In this document: positions 50,701 to 62,175 of the stretch, in pieces | Layout: each line of letters starts with the position of its first letter | Position numbering within the stretch: position 1 is the first letter of the stretch | Assembly (NCBI GenBank): GCA_004431415.1 | Contig: QPMI01000222.1 | Span: 62,001-126,000, forward strand | Reading direction: 5' to 3' | Origin: Cyanophora paradoxa CCMP329 | Taxonomy: Eukaryota > Plantae > Glaucophyta | DNA: 64,000 nt | Made by a program: the position numbers and the translations under genes | Notes under the pieces: model-generated | Database searches by the model: none | Told to the model about the DNA's origin: nothing | What the model saw: the letters and a program-made list of their open reading frames with translations, nothing else

Positions 50701-53047
50701 GCGTGAGCAATTGCAAGCGCAAGGAAGCTAAGGCACGCGGGGCGCCGAGGCCGGGGCCGGCGGGGCGCACCACTGGACGCCCTTGAGGATGCCGTTCTCT
50801 GCCGACACGTCGACCCAGTACTGCCGCCGCCGCCGACGCCGCCGTCAGCGCGAGCCGCGGCCGCCGCGCGCGCGAGCAGACGCGGCGAAGGCTGAGGCTG
50901 AGGCCGCGGCAAAGGCGCACTGTGAGGCCGCGATCCTTGAGGATTCGGGTGACGACCTCCATCTCGGGCGTCTGAAGCCGCCTGCGCAGGCGGGGTCGGG
51001 CCCGGGCCCCGGTCGTGGAGGGGCGGGGCGGGGCGGCCCCGCGCCGCGCGCGGCCGCGGCGCACCTGTAGGAGACCATGACGTCCAGCGCCTTGATCGGC
51101 GTCTGCGCGTCTGCGGGGCGGGGCGGGGCGTGAGTGCCGGCCGGCAGCGCGGGCGACGCGGGGCGCGGGGGCACCGGGCTCCACGACGGAGGTCCCCTGG
51201 GGCTGCGAGGGCGGCCCGGGCCGGGGCGGCGTGAGCTGCGGGCCGGCGCGGGACCAAGCTTCGAGGCGGGGCGGGGCGGGGCGGGGCGGACGCGGATCTT
51301 GGCGGCGAGGTCCTGCACCGCCTTCGCGTACGCGGCGCCTGGGAGCGAGGGGCAGTCGGCGCCGGAGGGGCGAGGGGCGTGCTGGGCTCTCGGCGGGCGC
51401 GGGCACCTTGCTGGCCCTGGGCGTGGATCTCGTCGACGCGGCCCAGGACGCCCAGCGCCGCCGCCACACGCCCCGGGTCCGCCTGCCTTCCGCATGGGCG
51501 GGACGGCGGGGGCGGGGGCGGGGGCGGCGGGCAGACGCGTACTGTGGAGGCGGCGGGGAGGGCGGCGGCGAGGGCGTGGAGGGTCTGGCCGCCCGGCGCG
51601 AAGGAAACGAGGCGCTTGCCGAGCCACGCCGCGTGCTCCAGCTCCCGCACGCACGCCCTGCGCCCCGCACGAGGCTCATGATCAGCGGCTTTGGGCGGCG
51701 GCTGGACAGGGCGAGCGCGTACGGGGACTGGAGCCACTCTGAGGGGACGATGGGGAGTGAGGCGCGAGGAGGGCGCGGGGGCGCGGGGCCGGGGCGCGGG
51801 CCGGGGCGGCACCGGGGGTGGCGAGGACGACGAGGCACTCGGCGCCCTCGATGGCCGCCGAGATAGCCTTGCGCCTGCGCGCCGGCCCGGCCCGGGCTCA
51901 GCCGGCGCGCCCGGCGCCGCGGGCGGGCGGGCGGGCGGGGGGGGCGGGGCGCGCCTGGCGAGGTTGGCGATCTCGCCGTCCAGCTCCGCCACGTCGTCGT
52001 CGTACCAGCACTGCCGCGCGCGGCGGCACCCGCCGGCGTCAGCGGGGCGAGGGCCGAGGGGCGAGTGCGGGAGGGGGTGCAAGGAGGGGAAGGGGGGGGG
52101 GGGCGGGGAGGGGGGGCGGGAGGGGAGCGGGGGGAGGAGATACAGCAGCGAGGCCGGGGTACGGGGGTGGGGAGGGAAGAGAAGGTAGAGCAGCGAGGTC
52201 GGGGGGGGGGGGGGGGGATAACAGCGAGGCCGGGGTACGCGGGGTGTGGAAGGGGGAGGGGAAGAGAAGGGAGAGCAGCGAGGTCGGGGCGGTGTAGAGG
52301 GGGGGGGGGGGGGGGAATAGGGCAGAAGGGGAAGGCGGGGGGGCGGGGGGGAGGAGGGGGTCTCAAGCTTAAGCGAAGGTTACGGGAGGGGCACCTTGAG
52401 GCCGTGGCGCTCGAGGGCGGCGGCGAGGGACGAGGCGGCGGCGACGCACGCGCCCCGCGCGAAGCTCAGCACCCTGCGCCCCGCTCGGCGCCCGCGGCCC
52501 CGCCGGAGGGGTACCGGGGCGGACGCACGCGTCGTGGTAGTGGATGGGGGCCTCCGGCCGCGGGTCCGGCAGCGGCGCCGCGCTGTAGTTCCGCGCCCGC
52601 CGCTTCCGCGCCGCAGGAGGGGCGGCCTGCGGGGCCCCGGCCGCGTCCGGCGCGCGCGTCAGAGGCGCGAGCGCGATCGCACACGGTGCGACGGGGCGCG
52701 CACCGGCGGGGCGCTGCTGTGGAACTGGACGGCCGCAGGGGCGGGAGCCGGCGGCGGCTTGGCGTCGCCCTGCGGGGGCGGGGGCGCGGCGCGTCACGGG
52801 CGCACGGCGAGCGTGGGCGCCCAGCGGGGCGCGCTCGCGCCTGAAGGACGTCAACGTGCACGTCCTCCGCGTCCAGCGACGGCGCCGCTCCGGCGCTCCA
52901 CGATGACGACGTCATTTGCATGCAGAGCTGGCCTGGCCTGGGCGAGTTCTGCATCTGCAGGAACTCCTCGGCAGGATCCGCGGCCGCGGGTGCCGCTGCT
53001 GTACATGTCGGCGCCGGCGCCCAAGACCCCGACGCTGACGTCGGCAT
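41736..53047 (-). CDS. Tandem TIR-TIR / TM / coiled coil / beta-propeller-like / FN3-like receptor, many exons
   Basis: TIR1 YHDAVLSFARG...LERHGLKCWYD...RKAISAAIEGAECLVVLATPEWLQSPACVRELEHAAWLGKRLV; TIR2 LDVMVSYRR...LKDRGLTYWVD...WGKAIAAAIKGASTMLVLLTPDWIQSQYCIDEFEYACAQHKRVVIIEL; TM TAIVVATIAAVLLAALIVSIIFA (about 49150-49020); AEKQ coiled coil; DPESALLFAIEA; beta-strand-rich exons (VAVGASAGAIQFYD); REALLRASCGVVSRGF; TDATPDTTYTCTARVKSSAGFG. Splicing across 47.8-47.3 kb is less certain. Confidence 0.8.
47695..47771. repeat. Three tandem 25-bp repeats in an intron
   Basis: gactgccactatttcggcaa(a/t)tttt x3, directly abutting with no spacers. Confidence 0.95.
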
Positions 53048-53782
53048 GATCGCCGGCCAAGCTGAGGGCGAGCCGCGCGCGCGCCGGACGCTCTTGGAGA
53101 TCGCCCCGCCCGCGTCCGCTGATTAGCTTGCAATTGCTAGCGCTGCGTCGACGTCAGGCGCTGCGAGCTCTAGCTTGCTGGTGAGCTTGCTGGCAAACTG
53201 CTGCGATCAGTCGAGCTCGAGCTCAGGCGTTGCAATTTTTGCCACCGCGCGCTTCGGGGCACGCATGCGTGATCTGCAGATTCTGCACTCGTGCCGGTGC
53301 GACTCGTGCGAGACAGGCAGGGCCTCACGACTTGGACTCGCGCGACTTAGCACGTTAACAGGCTAATAGCAGCTCCTCAGCGACCCGGCGGTTAGGCCCG
53401 TTAGGGGCGCGCGCGCCGCGGCGCGCCGCGCGGTACCGGATCCGGAATCGTGAGTCGTGATCATGACGTCGACGGCCACGGACGGCCCACGGTCCGCCCA
53501 CCGTCCAGACGTGACGGACCCTGGAGGTCGGTGACGCTTTGCTTCTACCCCTGCAGACCTCGGGTACAGAAACGCTGCGTTCGCAATTCCACGCACGCAG
53601 AACGCTCGGACTGGACAGCCGCCGCGGTAGCCCGCGGTTTGTCGTGCTTCTCCGGTGCCATGGAGCTAAGCTAGACATCCAGATCCACCGACCCAGCCCG
53701 AGCCCGTTTTAGGCCGACTTTAGCTATCGCCGCGCGAGGGCCTCAGCGAGCGGGCGGATCGGCCTTCAAGAGCGGCGGCAGC

Positions 53783-56669
53783 ATGGCGGAGGCGAGCTCT
53801 GAAACCGCCGCCCCGCAGCCGGCATCGGCCTCTCAAGCCGCAGCGCCGCCGCCTGCCGCGGAGGCGGCGCAGGGCGCAGCAGAGCTGCCGCGCCCCTCTA
53901 GCGCCGCGACCGTTAGCATGGGCCCCAGCGGCGCCAAGAAGAAGAGCCGCGCGGCCAAGGACGGCAAAGTCGACCCGCTCGCGTTCCTCGACATGGTCGT
54001 CATTGCGGATGCGGAGGAGCCGCAGGAGGAGGAGGAGGAAGAGGAAGAGGACTCTGGCGCCGAGGGGGAAGGCGGCTCCCCGGGCGAGGAGGGGGACGCG
54101 CAGCCGCGGCAGCTGAAGAGTCTCGGGAAGAGCAAGAGCTTCGCTTCCGGGAAGCTCATAAAGGTCGGGAGCAAGAAGCAGCTGGACATGCCGGAGCTCG
54201 AGCTGAAGAACATCGCGAGGCCGCCGCGCGCGCGCGACCACGCGACGACGCGCGAACGCGGCGACAACCGGCGCCGCTCCCTCGCGACCGACGTCCCCGC
54301 CAACCTCCCCCAGGCACGGCCGCCGCCGCTCCGCGCTCGCTCGTCCCCCGCCCGCCCGCCCGCCTCGCGCTGAGCGTGGGGCGCGGGGCGCGCAGCCGAC
54401 GTTCATCGAGGAGGTGCGCGAGTTCTACCAGCAGCACCGGGCGGCCAGCACGCGCCGCGAGGTCGCCGCCGAGCGCGCCGCGCACCTCCAGGCGAGCCAG
54501 AGCCTTGCGCCGCCTCCGCCCCGGAACCTGACGCGCGGCAGGCGCTGGAGGCGGCGGGGCTCATCGAGTCGGGGCAGGCCCAGTCGGCCGCGACCGAAGA
54601 GATGCAGCGCGCCGCCGACGCCTACAGCGACATGCGCGCACCTCCCCCCCCCCTCTTCCCCTCACCTGATCTGATCTGACCTCCCCGCAGCAACCTGCTG
54701 CGGCGGGACATGCTCCGCTTCGACAAAGGGGTCTCGGACGCCATCGGGCGGGTGTGGGCGCTCGTGGACGCGGCGGGGGCGGGGCGGGTGGACCGCTGGC
54801 AGTACCGCGACTTCTTCATGCTCCTCTACCGAGGGTTGCACGAGGTGCGGGGGGCGCCGGGGCGGGCCGCGGCGGGCGGGGGGCGGGCCGGGCCGGGCCG
54901 GGCCGGGCTCTAGGGCCCTGTGAGACTTCGAGGGCGGTCCGGTTGGGAGGGAGCGTTTATGGCGGGCCTCGCAGGAGTGGGACGAGGGCCAGGCGGGGCA
55001 GCACGCGCGGGAGGACTGGGAGATCGACCGCCGCGGCACCGACTTCGTCGACCGCGCCCGCTTCAAGCTCTCCCTCTTCCAGGTGCGAGATGGACAGAGA
55101 GAGAGGAGTTCTAGGAGACCCGCCTCGCTCTCTCTCTCTCCCTCTTCCGGCTCGCTCTCATCTCCGCGCTCCCCCCTCCATCTCAGCTCGCCGACGCCTG
55201 GACGGAGTCCATCGCCGCCCCGGAGTGCGCCGTACCCCCCGCGCCCCCCGCCCCCCTACCCCCCACCCTCATTCTATCTCTTTCTGAGCGCCGAGGGGGG
55301 TACAGGTACATCCGCTTCCTGGAGCGGGTGTACGAGCGGGCGACGAAGCCGGACCCCGCCACCGGCAAGCCCGTCCTCCGCCAGGTCCGAGGGGGGGTTG
55401 GGGGGGGGGGGGGAAGGAGAAGGGGGGGAGGAGATAGAAGGGGCGGGGCCTAAGGGGCGAGAGGGGCGAGAGGAGCCCTCCGACAGGTCCGAGGGGCGGG
55501 GGGGGGAAGGGGGAGGGGAGGAGAAGAGGGGGGGGGGGTCGAATGGATGGATAGAAGGGGACGCGCTTCGCCCCCCAGGCCCCCGCCCCCGCTCGCCCCG
55601 ACCCGACCCGGTCTCACCCGATCCACCCGCTCGCCAGTGGTTCGAGCTGGAGCCCGGGGGCATGCTACCCACCGAGGAGGAGCTCGCCTCGCTCGGTACC
55701 CCCCCCCCGCTCCCCCCTCCCCCCCCGCCTACGTCTCACCCTCTTCGTTCGCAGGGATCTCGATCGAGGGGCCGCTGGGCGCCCTGCCCGAGCTTCAGCT
55801 GGGCGAGTCGCACCTCCCCGCCGACGGGCCCAAGCTCGAGGTGCGAGAGGCTTCAGATTTGATCCCGCGGCCCAGATTCGATCTGAGCGCCTCTCCTCTC
55901 CTCGTTGCAGCTGGCGAAAGTTCGCCTGGCTGGGTTCGGAGGCGGCGCGGCGCACAGGCCCGACTGCCCCTGCGTCCGGTGCCAGGTGCGCCGCACCCCT
56001 CCCGCTGCGGCACCGGTCCCAGCAAACGCGCCGCCCCTCAGAAACGGCGGGCGATGGCGGCGAAGGAGGAGGCGCTGCGCCGGCAGCGGCGGAAGCTCAT
56101 CGGCTTCGGCCGCGTCGAGGTGCTTGGCTTGCTTGCTTGCCGACTCCTTCGGCTTCGCTTTGCTTCCCGGCTTCCTTCCTGACAGCGCGCGCGCGCAGGA
56201 CGCGCCGTCGGCGCGGCGGGAGGCGTCGCAGCCGCTGAACCACTCCCGCGCCGGCAGCCGCCGGCCCTCGACCTCCTACTCCAACGTGCATCCCCCCTCT
56301 CCCCCCCTCCCCCTTCTACCCCCCCTGACACCCCCCCCCCCCCCCCCCCTACAGCTGGAGCAGGCGCCGAGGAGCTCACGGCGGGCCTCCGTCATGGGCC
56401 ACCCGGCCTCCTCCGCCTCCATCGTCGAGCGGTGCTGCGGCCTCTGCGTCTTCCCTCCCATCTCTTCTTCTGCTCGAACTAAGCTCCGCCGCGCAGGGCG
56501 GGGTCGATCCGGCGGGACCGCGGGGCGGCGATCGAGCTGGCGGCCGGCGCCGCCGCCGAGCGCATTATGGCGGCCGCTATGGCCGGCCGGCCGCCCCTCT
56601 CCGGCGGCCGCCGCATCTCCGCCCGGGTCCAGCAGGGCGGGACCGGAGGGGCGCTGGACTCGCCGGCGC

Positions 56670-56702
<33 letters not shown>

Positions 56703-59535
56703 GCTCGAATGTCCGCACGCCCTCCCCCGCCGGCTCACGGAAGGAATCGCCCTCGGGGTCCCGCCGCGAATCCGCCATAGTCTCGGACGCAGGCTCCCGG
56801 TGCGCTGTACCCCCCTCCCTCCCCTTCGGATCTAACGTACCCCCCACCAGGTCGCGCTCGGTGGGTAGCCTGCAGGCCGAGGCCCGGGCGGACTCCCCCG
56901 CCGGATCGAACCGGGGTACTCCGAGGGCGGGGGCGGGTGCGGCGACAGGGTCGCCAGCCCTGCGCGCCGCGCGCGCCCCGCACGCCGACTCGCCCCCGCG
57001 GACGCCAGCGCCGGCGGGGCCGCCGGCGGGGGGTACGCCCAGCATCCACCTCCGCCGCGCGAGCGACACGATGGGCGAATCGGACCTGGAGCTGGGGCCG
57101 GCGGCGGCGGCGGCGGCGGCGGGGGCGGCCCCGGGGGGCCTCGCCCCCAGCGACGCCCTCTCTGCCTCCTCGCGGCTCCACCACGTCGCCTCGGTGCCGG
57201 TACCCCCGCAGGACCTGGGCCCTGAGCCGCTAGAGGGCCTTGCGTCCATCGGGCCCGTGCCCAGCCCCCAGCGCGGACCCGCCGAGCCGCAGGCGGCACC
57301 GTCGCCTGCACCCGAGCCCGAGCCCGAGCCGGCGGCGGCCCCTGCGCCGGCCCCGGCCCCGGCCCCGGCCCCGGCCCCGGCCCCGGCCCCGGTCCCGGCC
57401 CGGCCCCGGCCCCGGCCCGGTGCAGCCGGTCGAGGCCGCCCCGTCTCCCGAGGCCGCCGCCGCCCTCCGCCCGGCCTCCTCGCTCCCCCTCCGCCCCGCA
57501 AGTCCGCCATGAAGCGGCGCGAGTCCGACACCCCCCTCCAGGCCCCGGCGCCCCCGCCCGAGGCCCCCGCCGAGCCGGCGTCTTCGGCTCCCGATCCCGC
57601 CCCGTTTACCGTTCCGACTCCGGCGCCCCTCCGGTCAGCGATGAAGCGGCGCTCGTCTGCGGCCTCCGATCCGCCGCCGGCCATCCTGACGGAGCCGGCG
57701 GAACAAGCCGCCCCGGCCCCGGCCTCGGCGTCGTCCGCTCCCCCCTCCCCTTCGCCCGCCCCTTCGCCCGCCCCTTCACCCGCCCCCGCCGCGGCCCCGG
57801 CTCGTGCGGCGTCGCCCTCGCTGCCCCCGGCCCCCCTCCGATCGGCGATGCGGCGTCCGTCCGTCCAGACCGACGCGCCGCCCGCCGCGTCGGCCGAGCC
57901 GCCGGGCCTCCCCTCGGCCGCCTCCGCCCCGCCCTCGCCCTCCCTCCCCCCGCGCCCCTCCGCTCCGCGATGAAGCGGCCCTCGGTCCAGAGCGACGCGC
58001 CGCCGCCCCTCGCGCCGCCCGCCCCGTCCGAACCGCCGCCGGCGCTCCCTTCCGCCGCGTCGGCGCCGGCCTCGCCGGCCGCCGCCTCTCTGCCGCCCCC
58101 GCCGATGCGCTCCGCCATGAAGCGCCCTCCGTCTCCAGCGACGCGCCAACGTCCGCGGAGCCGCCCTCGCAGCAGCCGCCCTCGCGCCCGCCGTCTGAGC
58201 CGTCCGACTCGCGGCCGCCCTCCGCCGCCGCCGCCGCGCCGGCGCCCCGCCGGTCGGCCATGCGCCGCCGCGATTCCGACGAGTCCCCGCCGCCCCGCCC
58301 GCCGCCCCTGCCCCCGCCCCCGAGCCGGCCCCCGCCACCCCGGCCTCCCCCGCCCCGGCGCTCGCGTCGGCCTCTTCTGCGCGGTCCTCGCTGGCGCCCG
58401 TCGTGGTACCCCAGGTCGCCCCCTCGGAGAGCGCGCGGGCCGCCTCGCCCCCCGCCGACCCCTACGGCGTCTCCGCGCCCTACGAGGCGGGGGAGGCCGA
58501 GCCGCAGGGGGGGTACGCCCTCCTCGGGGACGACCCCGAGCGCGACGAGCTGGAGGAGGAGTGGGAGGAGTTCAGGCGGCAGGAGGGCCTACCCCCCGAC
58601 GGGGACGGGCCCAGTACCCCCGACGAGTTCCTCGCCTGGGCCGGCCTCTCCCGCTCCCGCTCCGCCCCCATCATCGGTAACCCTCTACCCCCTTGTACTT
58701 TCCCCCGCCTTCCGTCCATCTCACGCTCCCCTCCAGATGACGTCGCCGCGTTTCTTCGGCCGCGAAACGTGTACCGCCTACCCCCACCCAAGCCCCGCTA
58801 CATCCTGGTTTGCCGCGTACCCCTCCCCGCGCTCCCGTACGCATTCTGAACTCTTCTCCCCAGCCGCCCGTGACGTCCGCCCCAACGTTCCGCGCCGTCA
58901 TCGCCCGTGCGCCGTACCCCCCTCCCCTTCTTCTGGAGCTCTGAGCTGACGCGGGCGCCCGGAAGTGCCGCCGACCGGAGTCGACCCGGCGGCGCCCCCG
59001 CGCAAGGGCTCGCACCGCGCCGCCGGCTGGTCCTTCGTCTCCGTGGCCCGCGACGGCCGCAAGGGGTACGCACGCCTTTCCTCTGCCCCGGCGCCCCGCC
59101 CCTTACGCGCCCCGCCACTCGGGCAGGCGCGTGGCGCAGCGGGACGTGCTGGAGACGGTTCGGGCTGCGCGGGAGGCGCAGCACGCGCTGCTCGAGCGCG
59201 ACTGGGACGCGAGAATGCGCGCCGAGCGCGACCGCCTCGTCCGCTCCTCCGCGGCCGCCAAGGCTCGCCCGCCCGCCCGCCCGCCCGCCCGCCCGCCCGC
59301 CCTTTCCCTTACCAGGAAACAGGTCGGGTACCGCCCTCGGACGCGGGAGGGCGCGCGGGCGACCTCGCCCCCGACGATCGTGCCGGCGCGCTACTTGGAC
59401 GCGGCGGAGAGCGCCGAGGCGGGTTTCGTCCCGGAGGGCCACAGGGCGCCCCCCGGGGCCCTGTTCCCGGACCGGCGCCCCGCCTCCCGCGGCTTCCAGC
59501 GCTCCCTCCACGCCGCCTACCTATCCGTCGACTAG
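53783..59535 (+). CDS. Uncharacterised protein: EF-hand-like helical domain, HRPDCPCVRC motif, long Pro/Ala-rich repeat region
   Basis: MAEASSET...; VWALVDAAGAGRVDRWQYRDFF and DWEIDRRGTDFVDRARFKLSLFQLADAWTESIAAPEYIRFLERVY; HRPDCPCVRCQ; repeated RSAM[KR]R; last exon ends ...AAYLSVD TAG at 59535. Several single-base frame breaks in C runs. Confidence 0.65.
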
Positions 59536-59858
59536 CACTAACCGTAGTGCGAATTTCGTGTCGAAGAAGCGTCGCTCTGTCCTCTGAGGCTCGAATCTTT
59601 TCCCTCCGTGGAGAGGACGCGTCAAAGAGTGCGCACGAATCTTTTCTGTGAGCTGAGAGGCAGGACTACTGCTAGCTAGCAAGCCTGCGTGAACTCGGGA
59701 TGGATCTGCCAAGGATCTGCCATCTCGAGTCTCGCTCGAGCTCGAGGGACCGGAGACTCTCTGAGAGGTCAACGTTCCTCAGACTCGTCGACTACCTATC
59801 CGTCGACTAGCGTGCATGAATCTCTTGTCGAGGGAGCGTTGAAAGGAACGCTTCTCCC

Positions 59859-61770
59859 TCAGAGGAAGGGGTAGCGGGGGAGGCCGAGGGAGCCGCGGGG
59901 GCGCAGTGCGACGTCGGAGAGGGCGAGGCGGAGTGCGACGGCCGCGGGCCCCGCCGCGTCCGCCTCCTCCTCCAGATCCAGCGGCCGCGCCTCGCGCACG
60001 GCGAGCCAGCCCCGCGGCGTCTTTCGCCGCAGCGCTTCCCGGTCCCACGCCAGGCCTGCCCCCGCGGATCCGGAGTCGATGTGGGGCCGGGAGGGAGGGA
60101 AGCGGCGGGGCCCCGCACCACCGAAGGGGCTCTCGAGGGCGATGCCGGCGGCGGGGACCTCGGCCCGCGCCCGCGCGAAGAGCTCGTACTCCTGGGCGGA
60201 GGAGAGGCTTCAGCCAAAGCTCAACTTAGTAAGGGAAGGGGCGGGGGCTCTGGGCGGACCTCGGGGAGTTGGTGGGGCTCGAGGTCGGGGGCCAGCAGGA
60301 GGCAGACGTGCGGCGCGTCCTCCTGCCAAAGGAACAAAAGTAAACAGATTTGATCTTCAAGCTGAAGGCTTAGCTCAGGGCTTTAATTTGATATCGCGCG
60401 CCTCCTCGTCGTTGATGCGGAGGTAGGAGGCGCGCCAGGGCCAGCCCCGGGCCGTGAAGGTCGCCCGGAAGAGCGCGTGCCCGGGGCCCGCCTCGGCGAG
60501 CCGCAGCTCCAGCTCCTGGGGGGCCGGTACCCCCGCGGGACCCGCCCGCGGGAGCGCCGGCACCAGCTCGAGCCGCTCGGGGCCGAAGTGGAGGGCCCCG
60601 GGGGGGGCGACCCGCTCGGGGAGGGTACCGGCGAGGGCCGCCTCGAGGAGCTCGAGGGGTACGCCGGCGGCGGCGGGGCCCGGGGCGATCGCGAGGAGGG
60701 AGAGGAGGTCGGCGCGGGCGGCCCGCTCGGCGGCGGCGGCGGCGGCGGCGACCTCGGCCCGCAGCGCGGCCGCCCGCTCCTCCGCCTCCGCCAGCCACGC
60801 CCTCTCGTACAGGTCCACCGCCGCCCGCAGCTGCGCATGCCGGGCCGGGGCCAGGGGGTCAAGCCACTGAAATTTAGAAATGCAGGGGCTTATTCGGAGT
60901 GAGGTATGATCTTAACCTTAAAAAGAATCTAATAGAATGCAGGAGCAACAGATGAGAGAGATATGAGACCGAACCTCGGCGGCGCGGGCGCGGGCGGAGG
61001 CGGCGGCGGAGGCGGCGGCCCCGTCGACGCGGCGAAGGGCGGCCTCCCGCTGCTCCCCGAAGAGCTCCGGCTCCTCCTCGGGCCCGCGGCCGGGCTCATC
61101 CTCCTCGAGCTCCGCGCCGCAACCCTCCGGATCCTCCTCGTCTTCTTCGCTGGAGTCGGATCCGGAGTCGGAAGGGGCGGCGGCGGCGGCCGCGGGGCTG
61201 GAGCTCGAGGCGGGCCGGATCCGGAGCTCGCGATCGGCGCGGAGCGCTAGCTCGGCGCGGCGGCGGGCGATGCCCTCGGCGATGGCGAGGAGGCGGAGCT
61301 GCTGCTGGAGCGAGTCTGAGAGCACGGCAATCGCGTGGTTGCGCTGCAGCTCCGGCCGCGCCCCGTGCAGGCCCCGCCACTCCCGCCCCAGCAGGTCCGA
61401 CGTTGCCCGGCATTGCGGGCACTTGATCCGCCCGCCCGCCAGAACTGCGCGCGCGCCTATCGGGCGACGCCAAACGATACTATAAAGCTGCCGCGCACTC
61501 TTTTCGCAGCAATCGGCGCAGCTGCGGGCGGGGCGACCGAGCGGTCAAAATTTGATCCGCGGGTCGCGGCGTAGATCAGGCGCGGAGGGGGCCCGCGCAC
61601 AGCGTATGGGCGCATGCGGGTAGGATCCGAGGATCTCGGTACACGGTGAGGCACACCGGGCACTCGGCGTGCGCTCGCAGCTGCTCGACGACGGCCTTCA
61701 CCTGCGCCAGCGGCTCCAGTGGCGGAGCCGGGAGTGCCCGCGGGGTCGAAGGCACGGAAGAGGCCGGCAT
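59859..61770 (-). CDS. RING-HC E3 ligase with coiled coil and a possible MATH/TRAF-like C-terminus
   Basis: ECPVCLTVYRDPRILPACAHTLCADCCEKILAGGRIKCPQCR, then LQRNHAIAVL (TRIM-type RING); coiled coil; FRATFTARGWPWRASYLRIND...PHVCLLL...GWLAV...LRLALSDV. Stop at 59861-59859. Confidence 0.75.
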
Positions 61771-62175
61771 GTGTCAATACGAGCCTGCGCGGCTGGCGGC
61801 CGGCTGAGCTGGTGCCGCGGGAGCAACGTCGACCGTCCGGTCAGGTCGGCCCGGCGCGCTCCGCCGTGACGCACCGGCTAGAAACAGCCGTCTGAGACTC
61901 GCGCGCACGCTGTCGGGTCTGCGGGACGGTGCTGGATATCGGCGGCTCAGCGAACCTCGACCAGCGACTGTACCCAGGCCGAGACTCAGTTTTTTTTGTC
62001 CTAACTTTGTCGGAGCGGCGGCCTGCGAGAAGTCCCCGGAGTCCACGGGGCGAGGCCGAGCCGCACGAAATCCGCTAGCGCTGTCTGGTCAGCAGCAACA
62101 ACAGGTCGCGGTCACGCGGGAAGCTAGATCACCGGCGAGCTTGGCGGAGAGCACAGGAGCTGTACAGTCTCAAAG

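Noticed and set aside
53370-53720. MSA-like (AACGG) or RFX promoter motifs
   Set aside because: Only short partial matches, expected by chance.
57935-57975. Programmed frameshift or pseudogenisation (also near 1620, 2500, 23150 and 40750)
   Set aside because: The breaks fall in C/G runs or GC repeats. At 57945 the neighbouring repeat copy shows that one missing C restores SLPPAPLRSAMK. Consensus indel errors are more likely.
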